From contig MU053629.1 in NCBI GenBank assembly GCA_013239625.1, forward strand, positions 34,676 to 98,675: a stretch of 64,000 nucleotides of DNA, read 5' to 3'. Origin of the DNA: Lama guanicoe (taxonomy: Eukaryota). The translations under genes were made by a program, and so were the position numbers. How positions within the stretch are numbered: position 1 is the stretch's first letter; each line of letters starts with the position of its first letter. This document shows positions 1 to 12,682 of this stretch, in pieces. The notes beneath the pieces are model-generated. The model did not search any database. It was given only the letters and a program-made list of their open reading frames with translations, and was not told where the DNA came from.

Positions 1-1320
1 AAAGGCAATTCAATGGAGAAAGATCAGCCTTTTCACCAAATGGTGACAAGAACACCTGGACATTCATATGCGAAAAAATGAATCTAGACAAAGAACTTAC
101 ATATTTCACAAAAAAATAACTCAGAATGGATTGCCTAAAGATCCAACACAGAACTACAAAATTACTGGGAGATTACTTAGGAGAAAATCTAAGAGACTTT
201 GGGTTTGGCAATGACTTTTAAGGTATAACACCAGAACACAATCCATGAAAGAAAACACTGATGTGGGACTTCACTGAAATGGAAGGTTTCTGCTGTGAAA
301 GACACTGTTAAAAGAATAAAAAGACAAGGCACGGGCTGGAGAAAACATTTGCAAAACATACATCGGATAAAAGACTGATACCCCAAATACACAAAGAACT
401 CTTAAAACTCAACAATAAGAAAACAGAAAATCTGAAATTGGGCTAAAGATCTGTACCTCACTAAAGAAGATATTCAAATGACAAGTAAGCATATGAAAAG
501 AGGCTCAGCATCATACGTAACTAGGTAACTGCCCTTAAAACGAGGTATAACTACACACCCATTGTAACAGCCAAACTCCAGACACAGACAGCACCAAGTG
601 CTGACAAGGATGTGGAGCAAAAGAAAGTCTCACGCTTTCCTGGTAGGATTACCAGTTTCTCACAAAACTAAACTTACTCTTGCTGTATGATCCAGTAATC
701 ATGTTTGCTGATATTTACCCAAATGTGGTGAAAACTTAGTCTACACCAAAAACCTGCACATGACTGTTTATAGCAGCTTTATTCATAACTACTCGAACTT
801 GGAAACAACTAAGATGTCCTTTAACAGGTGACTGGATAAATAAATTGTGGTACATCTACACATGCAATATTATTCAGTGATTAAAAAAATCAGTTATCAA
901 GCCACAAAAAGACATCAATAACCTTAAAAGGACACTACTAAGTGAAAGAAGCCAATTAGAAAAGGCTCTATGTACAATTCCAATGTTACGGTATTTTGGA
1001 AAAAGCAAAAGTTTGGAGACGGCAGAAAGATGGGTGGTTTTCAGGCGTTCAAGGGGAGGGAGGGAGCGAGGGATGAATAAGTGAAGCATGGGTGATTTTT
1101 AGAGAAGTGAAGCTATACTATAGGATCCTGCAATGGCGGATACATGTTATTATACATTTGTCAGAATCCACAGAATTCATAGCACAAAGAGCAAACACAA
1201 ACATCATAGCCACAGTACACTGTAGAAAACAATGTATCAACATTAGCTCATCGATAGTAACAAATGTACATTATTTCAAGATGTTAAAAACAGGGGAAAC
1301 TGGGACGCTTTATTTTCCTC
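1..1320 (+). mobile_element. Old L1 (L1M-type) ORF2 3' end and 3'UTR, degenerate
   Basis: L1-typical motifs: aaggcaattcaatggagaaag, gggtttggcaatgacttt, gtttatagcagctttattcataa, ctaagtgaaagaagcca. No intact ORF. Confidence 0.8.
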
Positions 1321-2406
1321 AGTACACATCCTTACTAAATGTGTACTGAATTTGCAGTGTGTCAGCAAAAGGCAATCAAGTTCTTTTAGATGAAAATGTC
1401 CTTACAAATAAAGGCCAATCTAACAAAATATAATACCGTATACAACACTAAAATAAGTTACATCAAAGAACAAGAGAGTGGAGAAAGTTGGATTTATATG
1501 GCTTATAAGAGATTTTCATATTTAGTTAAAAATATCCTACAATAATGAAACGTACAGCTGAGAGAATATATTACTCATAAATACATAAATATATTAATTT
1601 ATATTAATGGTATGTTTAATACCATTTACTGAACCGTTAATCTGTCCGGTGCTGTGCAAAGAACATCACATACATGACCTCTCTATTTACTTAAGTTTAT
1701 ACCTCACTAAACACATGATTATTGACAGATCCTATGCTGGTTATAGCTGGTTGTAGCCATTCTCCCCTACGGCCTCCAAAAAAGAATGAATCTTTTGATA
1801 CCTTTGATAAAGGTAGTGTGACCGAGAAAACCAAAAGAGATCAATTCAAATGTTTTTCTTAGGTAGGTATAAGCAGAACCAGAGAAAATAACTGGTCCCA
1901 TCACTATTAAAAAGTTCTAAACAACACACCCATTAAAGACTATGTACCCATGTCAAATGCTGCCTCCATTATGAATGCTTTCTTCAATTTATGTGGCCCA
2001 TCACTGTTGGCTCCCCCGACCCACACCAGTTTCTCTAGCCTCTACAGCGCAAAACGAGTCAGTTGTTTCTACTTCTGTATTTCCACTGCATGTGTATCTA
2101 CTTCTTTGCAACATTCCTTGGCATTTCTATAATTCATTTTTAGACATACATATAGACAACAAAGAAAGAAACACACGTCCTTCTTCCCCACCAACTGATG
2201 AGTACTGCAAGGGCAAAGCCATTACCTTAGCATCTTTCTAAGGGACTTTTCAACTAGCAATGAAAACAGGTGTTCGGTAAGTTTTGTTGAAAGAACGTGA
2301 AGTACATCAAATTGAGAACAGGTATTTGTTTACTCTCATTAGACCTGATACAACGCACTCAGTGCCTTTCAAAGAGCTCTGATGCTTCATCTTCCTTCTT
2401 CCGTAC

Positions 2407-2642
2407 CTGGTTATCCCGACATATGCGACTTCCTGCTTGTCCTCATTGTTCACCAGCGAAAGCCCAAGGCTATGCAGAGACAGCGTTACTTCATGACGGG
2501 CTTGCTCCGCTTCCTCCGCCTGCAGTGCTCTGGAGACCAAGGCCACGTCATCAGTGAAAAACAGAACTCTCTGGCGCCCATCTAGAAATGATACCCAGTG
2601 TATCTGGATGTTGGCATCATACGGAAACTGCCCACATTCATC
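2407..2642 (-). CDS. VPS13C: VPS13C exon (42nd in window), 236 nt, phase 0->2
   Basis: cag|GAT...ACCAG|gtacgg; DECGQFPYDANIQIHWVSFLDGRQRVLFFTDDVALVSRALQAEEAEQARHEVTLSLHSLGLSLVNNEDKQEVAYVGIT. Confidence 0.95.
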
Positions 2643-3881
2643 CTGGGGAAAAGAGAGACAGTGTTAACACCACAAACAGTAAGTTTTTATCAGGTCAAGC
2701 TGAACTACCGTAACTGAGAAAGCATGGCTACAGGAAACTATCAAAATGACACCAAGTTATAATCTGTTTTGAAATATATGCACCATTTTTTTTCAAACAA
2801 CAAAGATTAACAGAGCTTAATAATTTTTAAACTGTAGTTTGAGTTACCCGGTTAGTGCTCGGAGGGCACTTAGCAGGAACAAGAGTATCCTTCGAAGGCA
2901 CCAAAGTCATCAGATGCTTACTTGCTTCCCAGATGGACAACAGAATGGTTTAGAAGTTTACTGGAAAAGTAACCTCAGGTAAAACTAACCTACTTTATTT
3001 TTATGTTTTAATAATTTACAACATTGCAAATACCTATATAAATCACACTGTTAAACAGTCAAACCTGTGATGATCAATTTTTACTAAGTTTCAGTAAGAA
3101 GAGCCTTCTTGGCTGGCAGTCTCAAATAGCACTTAAAAATATGAGGCTTGATTTGGTGAGAGTTTTCAGAGATTTAAATAATGATTCTTCTTCATTCTAG
3201 ATTTAACATAAATATAAAAACAGTTCAACAAGCAGTACAACTATTATGTGCCTTTCATCTCATGCTTTCTTGGAAAACAAAAACAAAAACAAAAAACAAA
3301 TTAATAAAGGATGTGACCAAGAGCATAGGACTAGTTGATTTCTGTTGTTTAAAATTTACCTATTGCTTTTAGCACATGTCAAAGTAGATTGCCTAACATT
3401 TTTTACCCTAATGTGATCAAACTTTGGAAATGTTTCGGAGACACCTATTAAGAAAATGTTTTGTAAACTACAAAATTTAATATGTATCTTTGTTCAGTCT
3501 TACTTATTATTCAAATACTCTCTAATCCTATTTGTTTTTCATCTATTTGATCTGTTAAAAATTAAATGAGGTACCTTAAAATATCCTAACGCAATCCATG
3601 TTTCAGTTGACTTCCAGCATCTTAAGTTTTACATTTTGATCAGTATTACTCATTCCATGAAGGTTTATGGCTATCGTGTCTTCTCTGTCACATTATCATA
3701 TTCTATTTAATGATTTTTGTCTTGAGTTACAGAAATTTCAGAAATTTAAATCATCAACATTTCTTTCGTTTGCCTGTTATATCTTTACTATCTCCTCATG
3801 CTTTTAACTTTCTGTGTTAATTCAGTTAAAACAGATCTCCTGTAAGTAGCATATGGTTAGAAACTATTTTTTAGCTTCATC

Positions 3882-4357
3882 TGAATGTGGTCTTTTTGTA
3901 AAACCATCCATTTTTTAATTGAATTATACTTAATTTACAATGTTTGTTAGTTTCCAGTGTACAGCAAAGTGGTTCAGTTTACATATATTATGTATACAAA
4001 AATATATATAGTATAAATATTTATTTATAAACATATATAGTATATAATATATAATATATGTAATATGTATATTCTTTTTCAGATTCTTTTCCATTATTGG
4101 TTATTATAAGATACTGAATATAGTTCCCTGTGCTGTACAGTAGGTCACTGTTGTTTACCTATTTTATATACAGTAGTGTGCGTGTTAATCCCAAACTCCT
4201 AACTTATCACTTATATGTGGAATCTAAAAAAATAATACAAATGAACTTACTTACAAAACAGAATTAGACTCAAAGACACAGAAAACAAACTTACAGCTAC
4301 CAAAGGGGAAACTGGGGTGGGAAGGAGGGAAAAATTAAGAGTTTGAATGTGGTCTTT
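3882..4357 (-). mobile_element. 5'-inverted (twin-primed) L1 3' fragment with 14-bp target-site duplication
   Basis: Minus-strand L1 3'UTR (~3910-4202) is joined to a plus-strand upstream L1 piece (~4205-4345). Direct repeat TGAATGTGGTCTTT at 3882-3895 and 4344-4357. Confidence 0.85.
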
Positions 4358-4693
4358 CAATAGGAAAATTTAAACCATTTCATTTACTGACATAATTGAT
4401 GAGAAGCATGGTTTGCTGGGAAAAGTTCATGGATTGCGAAGTCAGACAGACCTGGTTTCAAATTCTAACCAGCGGTTCCAAGTTCCAATCATAAGACTTA
4501 GTGATAATAATATGACAAGCATTAACACATGATATATACTCAATGAAAGCCATTTGCCACTTACTACAGACTTCTTTAGGTTTCCTTCTTTTATTATAAA
4601 GGGCAAATTTTTCTTTACTTTCATTTTCTCAATTGTTTTAGAATTCTTTTGTCATTGATTTTAGTTCTACTAGGTGGTATCTTTAAAAAAAAA

Positions 4694-4879
4694 NNNNNNN
4701 NNNNNNNNNNNNNNNNNNNNNNNNNNNNNNNNNNNNNNNNNNNNNNNNNNNNNNNNNNNNNNNNNNNNNNNNNNNNNNNNNNNNNNNNNNNNNNNNNNNN
4801 NNNNNNNNNNNNNNNNNNNNNNNNNNNNNNNNNNNNNNNNNNNNNNNNNNNNNNNNNNNNNNNNNNNNNNNNNNNNNNN
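4694..4879. other. Assembly gap (186 N)
   Basis: Run of N directly after an A9 tract. Confidence 1.
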
Positions 4880-6250
4880 GCCCTTCTCATGTCCACCTGG
4901 GCCTGAGCAGAACTCCCTGCTCAGATCAACCCAGCGGACAAGAAATGGACAACTGGTTGGCTTCTAGCTCGGTTTCATCATCTGGCAGGTTACCGGCTGA
5001 CTGAGGGGTGATTATCTACTCTTCTTACTGCCTGGTTCTCTTAACACCAATCAGAAGATAAACTTTTAAAGCCACAATCCCGTGCATACACTAGTATCAG
5101 GTTCTTTCTGACTCTGCCTCATTATGCAGACTCTGACCATCTCCTGCAGGATGCCATTCCCACTTCTCCCCACTCTCCCTCCAGGGCCTGGACACTACCG
5201 TCTGGGAGCTGTGGTTGCTGGGGAGCATTACATGTGAGTGGAACGAAAGTACCGTCAGCACAGACAGACCCCTGGTAGAGCCACTGTATCTCTGAGCCAG
5301 AGGGCTAAGAGTATTGGGGAATTTCAGCTTCTATCTAACACTTAAAAACCCTGAGAGCTTTTCTGCTGTAAAAAGTAAAGCACAAGCAGGCAACAGAGCT
5401 CCATCAAACTGCCATGTGAAAATCACTTCAAGAATCCCGTAACTATCAGTCTGATTTTTCAAAAGTGGGTAAGTCTGTCTCTCTTATGGGTATTTCAGAG
5501 GGAAACAGGAGAGGATAGTTCAGTCACTGTTGGCCAATTACCATTTGAAAGGAGTCAAGAAAGCTCTATTTAACAACTGGCATTATCAGACAATGGAATA
5601 TGACACAGTATGAATTTCTCATGATAGTTTCATGACAGGATATATTCCTACAGAAACCAGATGACCTACCACTCACGGAGGGGCAATGCCTGTACTAGAG
5701 GGAGGCTGGCAGACGGATTCTTAAGCCCTTTCCGAAGTCTAAGACTCTAAGAAATAACATATTTAGTTAATTCAGCTATCTAAACATTGTTCCAATAAAT
5801 ATTTCCTTAAATTTCTTATATGGGGTAATTTGCATACTGTCAGACTCCTTTAATTAACAAAACACATGGCCTTAACAGCGAAATCATGTCTAAAAACCTC
5901 ACAGCCAACAGTGGTATGTACATGAAGTTTTTTTTCACTTAGTCTTAAAATTCCTTCCTTTTAAATAAAAGGAAATAAAGAAGCACTTTACTGGTATTTA
6001 CTTGGGAAAGATGAAGCAGGCCTACTATTTAAATTGTAAATAAATTATTTTAACTGAAAATTATTTTTCTCTTAGGAGAAAATATTGATATGGACTATCT
6101 GCAATCTAAAGCCCAAAAGCAACTTATTTTGAAATTTTACTTCCACTTTTTAGTTCAGTAAGGACGGAGATGACTTTGTGAAGCTAACGTGTCTACTCCC
6201 TTTGCTATGAGGTACCTCATAGCATAATACTCGTTCACATCAAATGATAC

Positions 6251-6377
6251 CTTTAACAGATCATGTTTCCCAGTATTTGCTGCGTAAGTCCATGTAAGTT
6301 TTCTGGTACCAGTAGGATCTGCCCAGGCAAAGAGTCAAACCTGTCTTGGCAGCAGTACCATTTCTTCCTGCGACCCC
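6251..6377 (-). CDS. VPS13C: VPS13C exon (41st), 127 nt, phase 2->0, contains in-frame TGA
   Basis: cag|G GGG TCG...TTAAAG|gtatca; GSQEEMVLLPRQV*LFAWADPTGTRKLTWTYAANTGKHDLLK; stop at 6335-6337. Confidence 0.9.
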
Positions 6378-7098
6378 CTGAAACACAAGCAACAGAGGGA
6401 AGATTAAAATACCCTGGCCTCGAGAATCCTACAGGACCTGTGGCTTACTGAGGAGGGGATTGAAACAAACATTTTATAGAACTGCCTTTGCTAACAAAAC
6501 ACAACTCTGTCTAAAAATAAGTAACCTAAAATGTCCAATAAGCTAATGATTTTGAAGCTTGAGGGACAAGAATACTGCCCTTTCTGAAGGTATACCCTGA
6601 ACTGATCCAGACAAGATCACACTAATGGAATTCATTAAGGTGAAGTGAGTGGTACATCAGAGATCACCCACAGAAAAGGCTGTGAATAGTAAATTTTTTA
6701 GTAGCTGAAGAACTTCACTTGGAGCTTAAATTTAAGACTTTTGATCAAATGCAATGCATAAGAAATATGAGTCTCGGAGAGAAGAAAAATGGGTCCATAC
6801 CATTGTAGCATTCTAGGCTTGCTAGAAAGGGCAAAATTGGGGGCCCCAGCTAAAACCTGCTAAATGCGAATCTGCATTTTAACAAAATCAGTTGTATAGA
6901 TTAAAAACATTTGTTTTCTTAAGTTCTTACTGAAATGCACACTGGCTCTGATCTCTTACAAATGTATGTATGGCATTATATATTGACATCCAACTCCTTC
7001 AAATAATTATCAGTATGTTTTACAGCATGTTTTAATAAAATATTTTAAAGCAAACTTTAAAAATCAAAGACATTTTATTCTAAAACATGAAAACTTAC

Positions 7099-7227
7099 CA
7101 GATCTTCTAAGCTTAATAAAGTGCCATTATCCTGCTGGTTGTAAAAGAATGGCCTGGAGGATCCTTCATAGCCCACCACTCTCACACAAAGTTTGCCCGA
7201 AAATTTCTCAGGCCAAAATGGGAGGTA
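7099..7227 (-). CDS. VPS13C: VPS13C exon (40th), 129 nt, phase 0->0
   Basis: cag|TAC...CTG|gtaagt; YLPFWPEKFSGKLCVRVVGYEGSSRPFFYNQQDNGTLLSLEDL. Confidence 0.95.
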
Positions 7228-7267
7228 CTGAAAATATAGAAGTTAATATCAATCAGTCTTAATACTA

Positions 7268-7374
7268 TGCAAATATATGTATGTAAACGCATGACTGGAT
7301 ATTGTGCCGTACACCAGAAATTGACACATTGTAACTGACTGCAGTTCAGTCAAAACAAAAACAAAAACAAAAAC
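7268..7374 (+). mobile_element. Very short L1 3' end with (CAAAAA)n tail
   Basis: gtgccgtacaccagaaattgacacattgtaactgact motif, A-rich tail, flanking AATACTA at 7261-7267 and 7375-7381. Confidence 0.75.
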
Positions 7375-8858
7375 AATACTAGGGTATAAATGAGACAGTG
7401 GCTAATAAAATTTTCAATTCTAAATCTGATCACGATTCAATTATTACTAAGTTTCTTAAAATAGTCCCTCCACATCCAAGATTTTTGACAATCTAATAAT
7501 TGTTTATGAAACCAAAGAAGAATAGATACATTAGTCTTTACTAACTTATGAAATAATTACAATATGAGAAACAAGTGCTATTAAAATGTCTCAAATATCT
7601 TGAATATTTAAAAATTATTATCTTAATAACATTTTCTTTTATGTGTATCTCATTTTAATTCCTTAATGCACTATGAATTCTTTCACAGAGTATCTCATTC
7701 TAGATAAGCCAGAAAGACAACTGAAGGCAGAGGACATTGCTGTAGTCCTGACACTATCCTCCTACCTGTTTGGCCTTGATCAAATCATACACCTTTTAAA
7801 GCCTTGGTTTTCTTATCTGTAAAACTGAGATTTTAGTTCCTAAAACAGAAGTCCTGTCTGCTAGAGAATACGGGGTAAATTCTATTTATTCTATCTATTC
7901 TATACTACTGCTGTCAAACTCACATCACAGATAAAAAGATAAGGAGCATTTATTTGTTGCCAAGTCTGTGGAGATCATTCCAAGTGCCTTGGGAAGCCCA
8001 CGCCTCTTAGAGCTCTTTGTATTGTAACTGGAATCCCTCCTCTTGAGCTTTCTGCTAAGTATTTTTAAAAATAATTTTAGAATCTTTTTTTTTTGAGATG
8101 TACAGAAGAATGGTTCTATCCTTAAGTCAGATGGTTTGGTTGAAAACTCGGGCAAATTCAAGTGCTAATGCCTGTCTTTGCACCTGTCCTCTCCCCAATT
8201 TTTCCTCATTGTCTTCACCTTACATCTTACTGAGTCTGCAAAGTTTAGTTCAAATGCCAGCTCTACCATGAAACTTTCCCTTTTGATCTAGACCACCACA
8301 ATGATACCAAGCTGCAAAGACTTAACTGACTTTTGAACAGTATGAGATTCAGTTTTCTTCTCTGTAAAGTGAAGGGCCTGAATTCTTGGAAATTTTCAAG
8401 GAAACTTCCAGCTCATCTATTCAGAGATTCCATAACCACCTATAACTTACCATATACTATCTTCTTCTCCATGTACTAATGTGTATGAGTCTTACACCCT
8501 CCAACAAGATTAGAAGCTTCTTAAATACAAAGACATTATCTTGACTATTGAGACAATACATAGTGCATTATCTTTATATACTTTTTACAGTCCATGTCCA
8601 TGTTTATACATACAGGAAGAACTAGAGAATGAGTGTTAACAGTCTAGACTGGTTAGTGGTAAATAATATCAACAATTTCCTTCTTTTTTTAATATATGTT
8701 TACAGTATGAAAGAAAAGTTTTAAAGCTGGCTATTATATTTTAAAACACAAATATGGTAACAAAGTAAGTATGACAAAGAGATATATGTAATTGTTATTT
8801 ACATGTCTGTCTTTATTTATACATTCTAGAAGCCAGTTATATGAAAGGAAAATTTTAC

Positions 8859-9023
8859 CTCTGAAGAAGCAATATAGTTCCACTTATTAGTTGGCATTGA
8901 GCCGTCTGATGCAATTTCACCAACTTCCAGTTCCAATGATGACTTGTTCTCAATTGTATAAAAGGGAGTCAAAGTAACTATTCGTGTAAGATTAAAACTG
9001 CTCATTTTGATGCTAACACCAAC
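8859..9023 (-). CDS. VPS13C: VPS13C exon (39th), 165 nt, phase 0->0
   Basis: VGVSIKMSSFNLTRIVTLTPFYTIENKSSLELEVGEIASDGSMPTNKWNYIASSE; AG/GT flanks. Confidence 0.95.
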
Positions 9024-9082
9024 CTGTGGAAAAGAAACAAACAGGCTTACCATTTCCCAGTACTTTATACAGCTCCTTTAAA

Positions 9083-9084
<2 letters not shown>

Positions 9085-9116
<32 letters not shown>
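9085..9116 (+). repeat. (AC)16 microsatellite
   Basis: Perfect dinucleotide run. Confidence 0.95.
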
Positions 9117-9118
<2 letters not shown>

Positions 9119-9762
9119 CATTCACAAAAAGACTTCTCACAGTATTTTAAAATAAGATTTCTTAAATAAAGTAACTACTATAAGACATGGTCCATGACTG
9201 ATTATCTTCTCACTAAGAAGAAAAATTTTGGTTCCATAGTTTGGTTCCATCAGAAATCAATTCAAGAAATATCAATCAGTTATTTAACTAATGATGACTT
9301 GCAATAACAGATTTCATTTTTAAAAATTTGTTATTTTTAACATTCCAAAATAAATTATTTTACAATTAATTTAGAAGCTCAAGTGTTGCTAATTTATTAT
9401 CTCTGCTGTCAATAAAAATAAAATAAAAATTTCAAAGTGGTAATAAAATAAGTCAACTAACGTCCGATTATTCAAATTTTCAGTCAAATTTAAGAAACAT
9501 TTGGCAGGGAGTGGTATGGAGTGAGGATTCTAGTATATTCTGAATATTTACCAAGTTGCTTACTTGCCACTCACTGTCTTAAGCTTTGACAAATTTAGGT
9601 TTTGCTTTGATACTAGTGGCCACAGAAATTTGAGGAGAGACGTAACAGTCCTCCACATAACACTCAAAATTCACATCTCTGTACCCCTTGGGGTCCAGCT
9701 CCTTTACTGAACTGAAGAAAAAGTGAATGAAGTCAATGGTAAACAAGCAAGCAAAATCTTAC

Positions 9763-9867
9763 CAGGTATTCCATGTTGTTGGCAGGACACTTCACACACC
9801 CATAATTTCCCACCGTATCCAATGAAAAACAACTGGACCAGGAACTTGTTGAAATTTTTAATTGTAC
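9763..9867 (-). CDS. VPS13C: VPS13C exon (38th), 105 nt, phase 0->0
   Basis: VQLKISTSSWSSCFSLDTVGNYGCVKCPANNMEYL; tag| and |gtaaga. Confidence 0.95.
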
Positions 9868-10569
9868 CTACACCAGAGAACACAAACCATCACATAAGAA
9901 ATCTAAAACACTACATTCATTTTATTTGATGGGAAGTTGCTAGACCATTAGAAATTTATTGAGTACATGAGATACAGGAAAACAATCAAAGTCGTATTGC
10001 AAATGGGTAACAACCACAGAAACTCTAAGGGCCAATATAATAAAAGCAGAGCTCCGACCTTCCTATTCACCTCTGCAAAGAGAACAGTGAATTCAAAGAC
10101 GTTTACCAATGAGATCCTCTGTTAGTTAAACAGGAATTATAACATAAAATGATATTTTCCAGTGTTAGACTTTTGATAGAGAGCTAACAAATTCTTAAAG
10201 TTTCAGCACATAGAGAATTTGTGCTTTTAACAGTATTCAGCAAACAGCAGATGAAAAGTGTTGTGATAAGCAGAATGGAAGACACAGTTCCTGTCTCCAA
10301 CGAGCTTCCGATTAAACAGAGAGACAGGAAATAAATACTAAAACTTATGAGAGACTCAATGTGATAAGACCCATATAAGAAGTATAAAATGCTATCAAAA
10401 AGTTTACATCTACCTATGGGATTAAATAAGTTTTACAGAAGAGATTTAACTGTGCTCCTGTATTAACCTCCTTGTACCCAACTAGATTCTAAAAAACCTG
10501 AGGCCAACCAGAGGTCAGACACATAAACAGGTAATTACAATACCAAGCATTCAGCAACACTCTCGGACG

Positions 10570-10748
10570 GGGTCCTCAAAGAGTGGTCTCGGGACCAGCA
10601 TCGTTGGCATCACCTGGCAATCTGTGAGAAGTGCAGATTCTCAGACCCTTCCCAGACCTACTGCATCAACTATGGTGGCACAACCCGGCAGTGTGTTTTC
10701 AGAGCCCTCTAGGTGATTCTAATGCACCCTGAAATTTGAGAAGCACTG
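10570..10748. mobile_element. MER5A-like hAT-Charlie DNA transposon relic
   Basis: ctcaaagagtggtc...catcacctgg...tgcagattctcag...cagacctactg...ggtgattct...tttgagaagcactg. Confidence 0.75.
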
Positions 10749-11368
10749 CTCTGAGAGAACATGGATGTGATCTCTAGCCCCATTTTTGCTGGTCAGACAA
10801 TCCTTCACATGTGTCAGGAAAGAGCAGAATGACAGAGGATGAAGAGCAGACAACCAGAGAACATGAGGCACACAGGGAAAACACAGAGAAGGAGGCAGAG
10901 AGCGCAGCTACACAGAGGCCTAGAAGTAAGTACTTGGGAAAGTGTGTGGTTAACCATTCCGAGACAGGAGTCTGAAAGGAAAGAAGGGACCAGAGAACCA
11001 ACGATCAGGCCTTAGGCACTAGGTTTCTCTCTCAAAGGCCTGTCTCTGTGCTTCACACACAGGAAGGCTCAGTTAAACCAAATTCAGCTGCTCTGTCTTT
11101 TGAAATGTTGCTTCATCACTGGTAAACTACATAAAATCAAGCTTTCTCCTTGACACTACTTCAAGGAGAGCAGTAATTCTAGGGGCCCTGGAGGAAAGGG
11201 TAACTCGGCCTCGGGAAGCTACTGTTTTTAGTTCCTGACACCCACTCGATGACACACTCCTTAAAAGTCCTCTTGGACCTAATTCATACCAATGGCACCT
11301 AGCAAACAGGTAAGTATGGCATTAGGTAAATAATAAATAAGTAATTTGTTGCATCGACAAAAACACAC

Positions 11369-11758
11369 CTTATTTTTACTAAAAATGTTCTCCTTCTTGA
11401 AGGAGAATAAAATAATATCCCTAAAATCAGCTGGATGTTTGACATGAATATCTTCTGAACGGTACTGGAGCACCCGAGAAGTCTTGTTGATGAGCCAGTA
11501 AGGACTAAAGACGGACAGCTCCATCTGGCTGCCAACGCGCTTGACATGCACTGACAGGTCGACGGTCAGCGCTTCAGCGGAATCAGAAGAAAAACACACA
11601 AGAAAGAATTCAGGAAGTGTATCATGTATGCGGAAACATCCACGCCAGTTTTTGCCCTGATATTTCACCAGAAACAGTTCCATTATTTCCCCACTGATTC
11701 TTGAATGCAGAACATCGGCAGCACTGCCTTCTGCTAGCTCATGGGTTTCTGCTGTTCC
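11369..11758 (-). CDS. VPS13C: VPS13C exon (37th), 390 nt, phase 0->0
   Basis: GTAETHELAEGSAADVLHSRISGEIMELFLVKYQGKNW...FSPYWLINKTSRVLQY...NIFSKNK; AG/GT flanks. Confidence 0.95.
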
Positions 11759-12682
11759 CTAAAAACAAACAGACAAAAACTCAATCTGCTTACTAATTTA
11801 AAAAAAAAAACCTTTGCAGTAACTTGTAACTTCCATATTTTATACATACAATAATAACTTACCAGATTCAGATTAATTGACAACTGTTCATAGTACCACC
11901 ATGTTGACATAGTATAAATGCCCATCATTTACTAAGGACTAAAAGGAAAACACTGTATCATAGCCAAAGGCAGAAACTGTCTTTTGGCCACTAGCAGGCC
12001 AATGGCTGTAAGTTCTGAGAAAAAGTCGGACCTCTGCCAAGAATCAAAGGCTGGATTCAGGGACACTAGCTGTTTTCCACCGAGAGCTACATCCTTGAAC
12101 AAACCACTTAACTATCTGGGCTTCAGCTTCTTCCTCTACTCACAAACCATGCCTAGTGGTTCTCATATAAACAGAATAAGGAAAGTGATATCAAACTATT
12201 CTGACAAGCTACCTGAGGTGGAACCATCTTAAAAATGAGTAACAGCAACATAATAAATCAAGCTTCCTTACTGAAAGCTTCTCTTGTATAAATACTACTT
12301 AGTTCATCTAACTAACTTTATTCTCCACAACTCAGGGACGGCTTATCATCAGATTAAAAAAAAAAAAACTAACATAGGTTCCAAGCACTTTTCAGATTTT
12401 TGTATTCTGAAATGTTGCAGCATGTAGAAATTTAAAGGTGTTTATCAGACTTCATGACTAGAAAATGTTCCCTAATATTTAAGACAGATAGTAATTATTT
12501 TTAAGTCCAAAGAAACTTGAACCAAAAAATCATCACTTTAAAATAAAAATTTTTAAATTAACTTTATAATAAATTCAGATGAAATATTTTCTCACTGGTT
12601 TTTCCCATACTTTAGCTAATAGAATTTTACTTAGTCAATAAAGAGATTGTTATAAGTATGAATTTATAGCAGATGCAGCAGA

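Noticed and set aside
4694..4879. Gap as the hiding place of the missing exon
   Set aside because: It lies downstream of the 6251-6377 exon in transcription order, and the flanking exons already join in phase 0. It would only fit if the region were mis-ordered.
4621..4967. ORFs of 85-97 aa around the N run
   Set aside because: They are artefacts of translating Ns.
6335..6337. TGA as selenocysteine or programmed readthrough
   Set aside because: The orthologous residue is recalled as Arg, VPS13C is not a known selenoprotein, and a CpG transition explains the codon.
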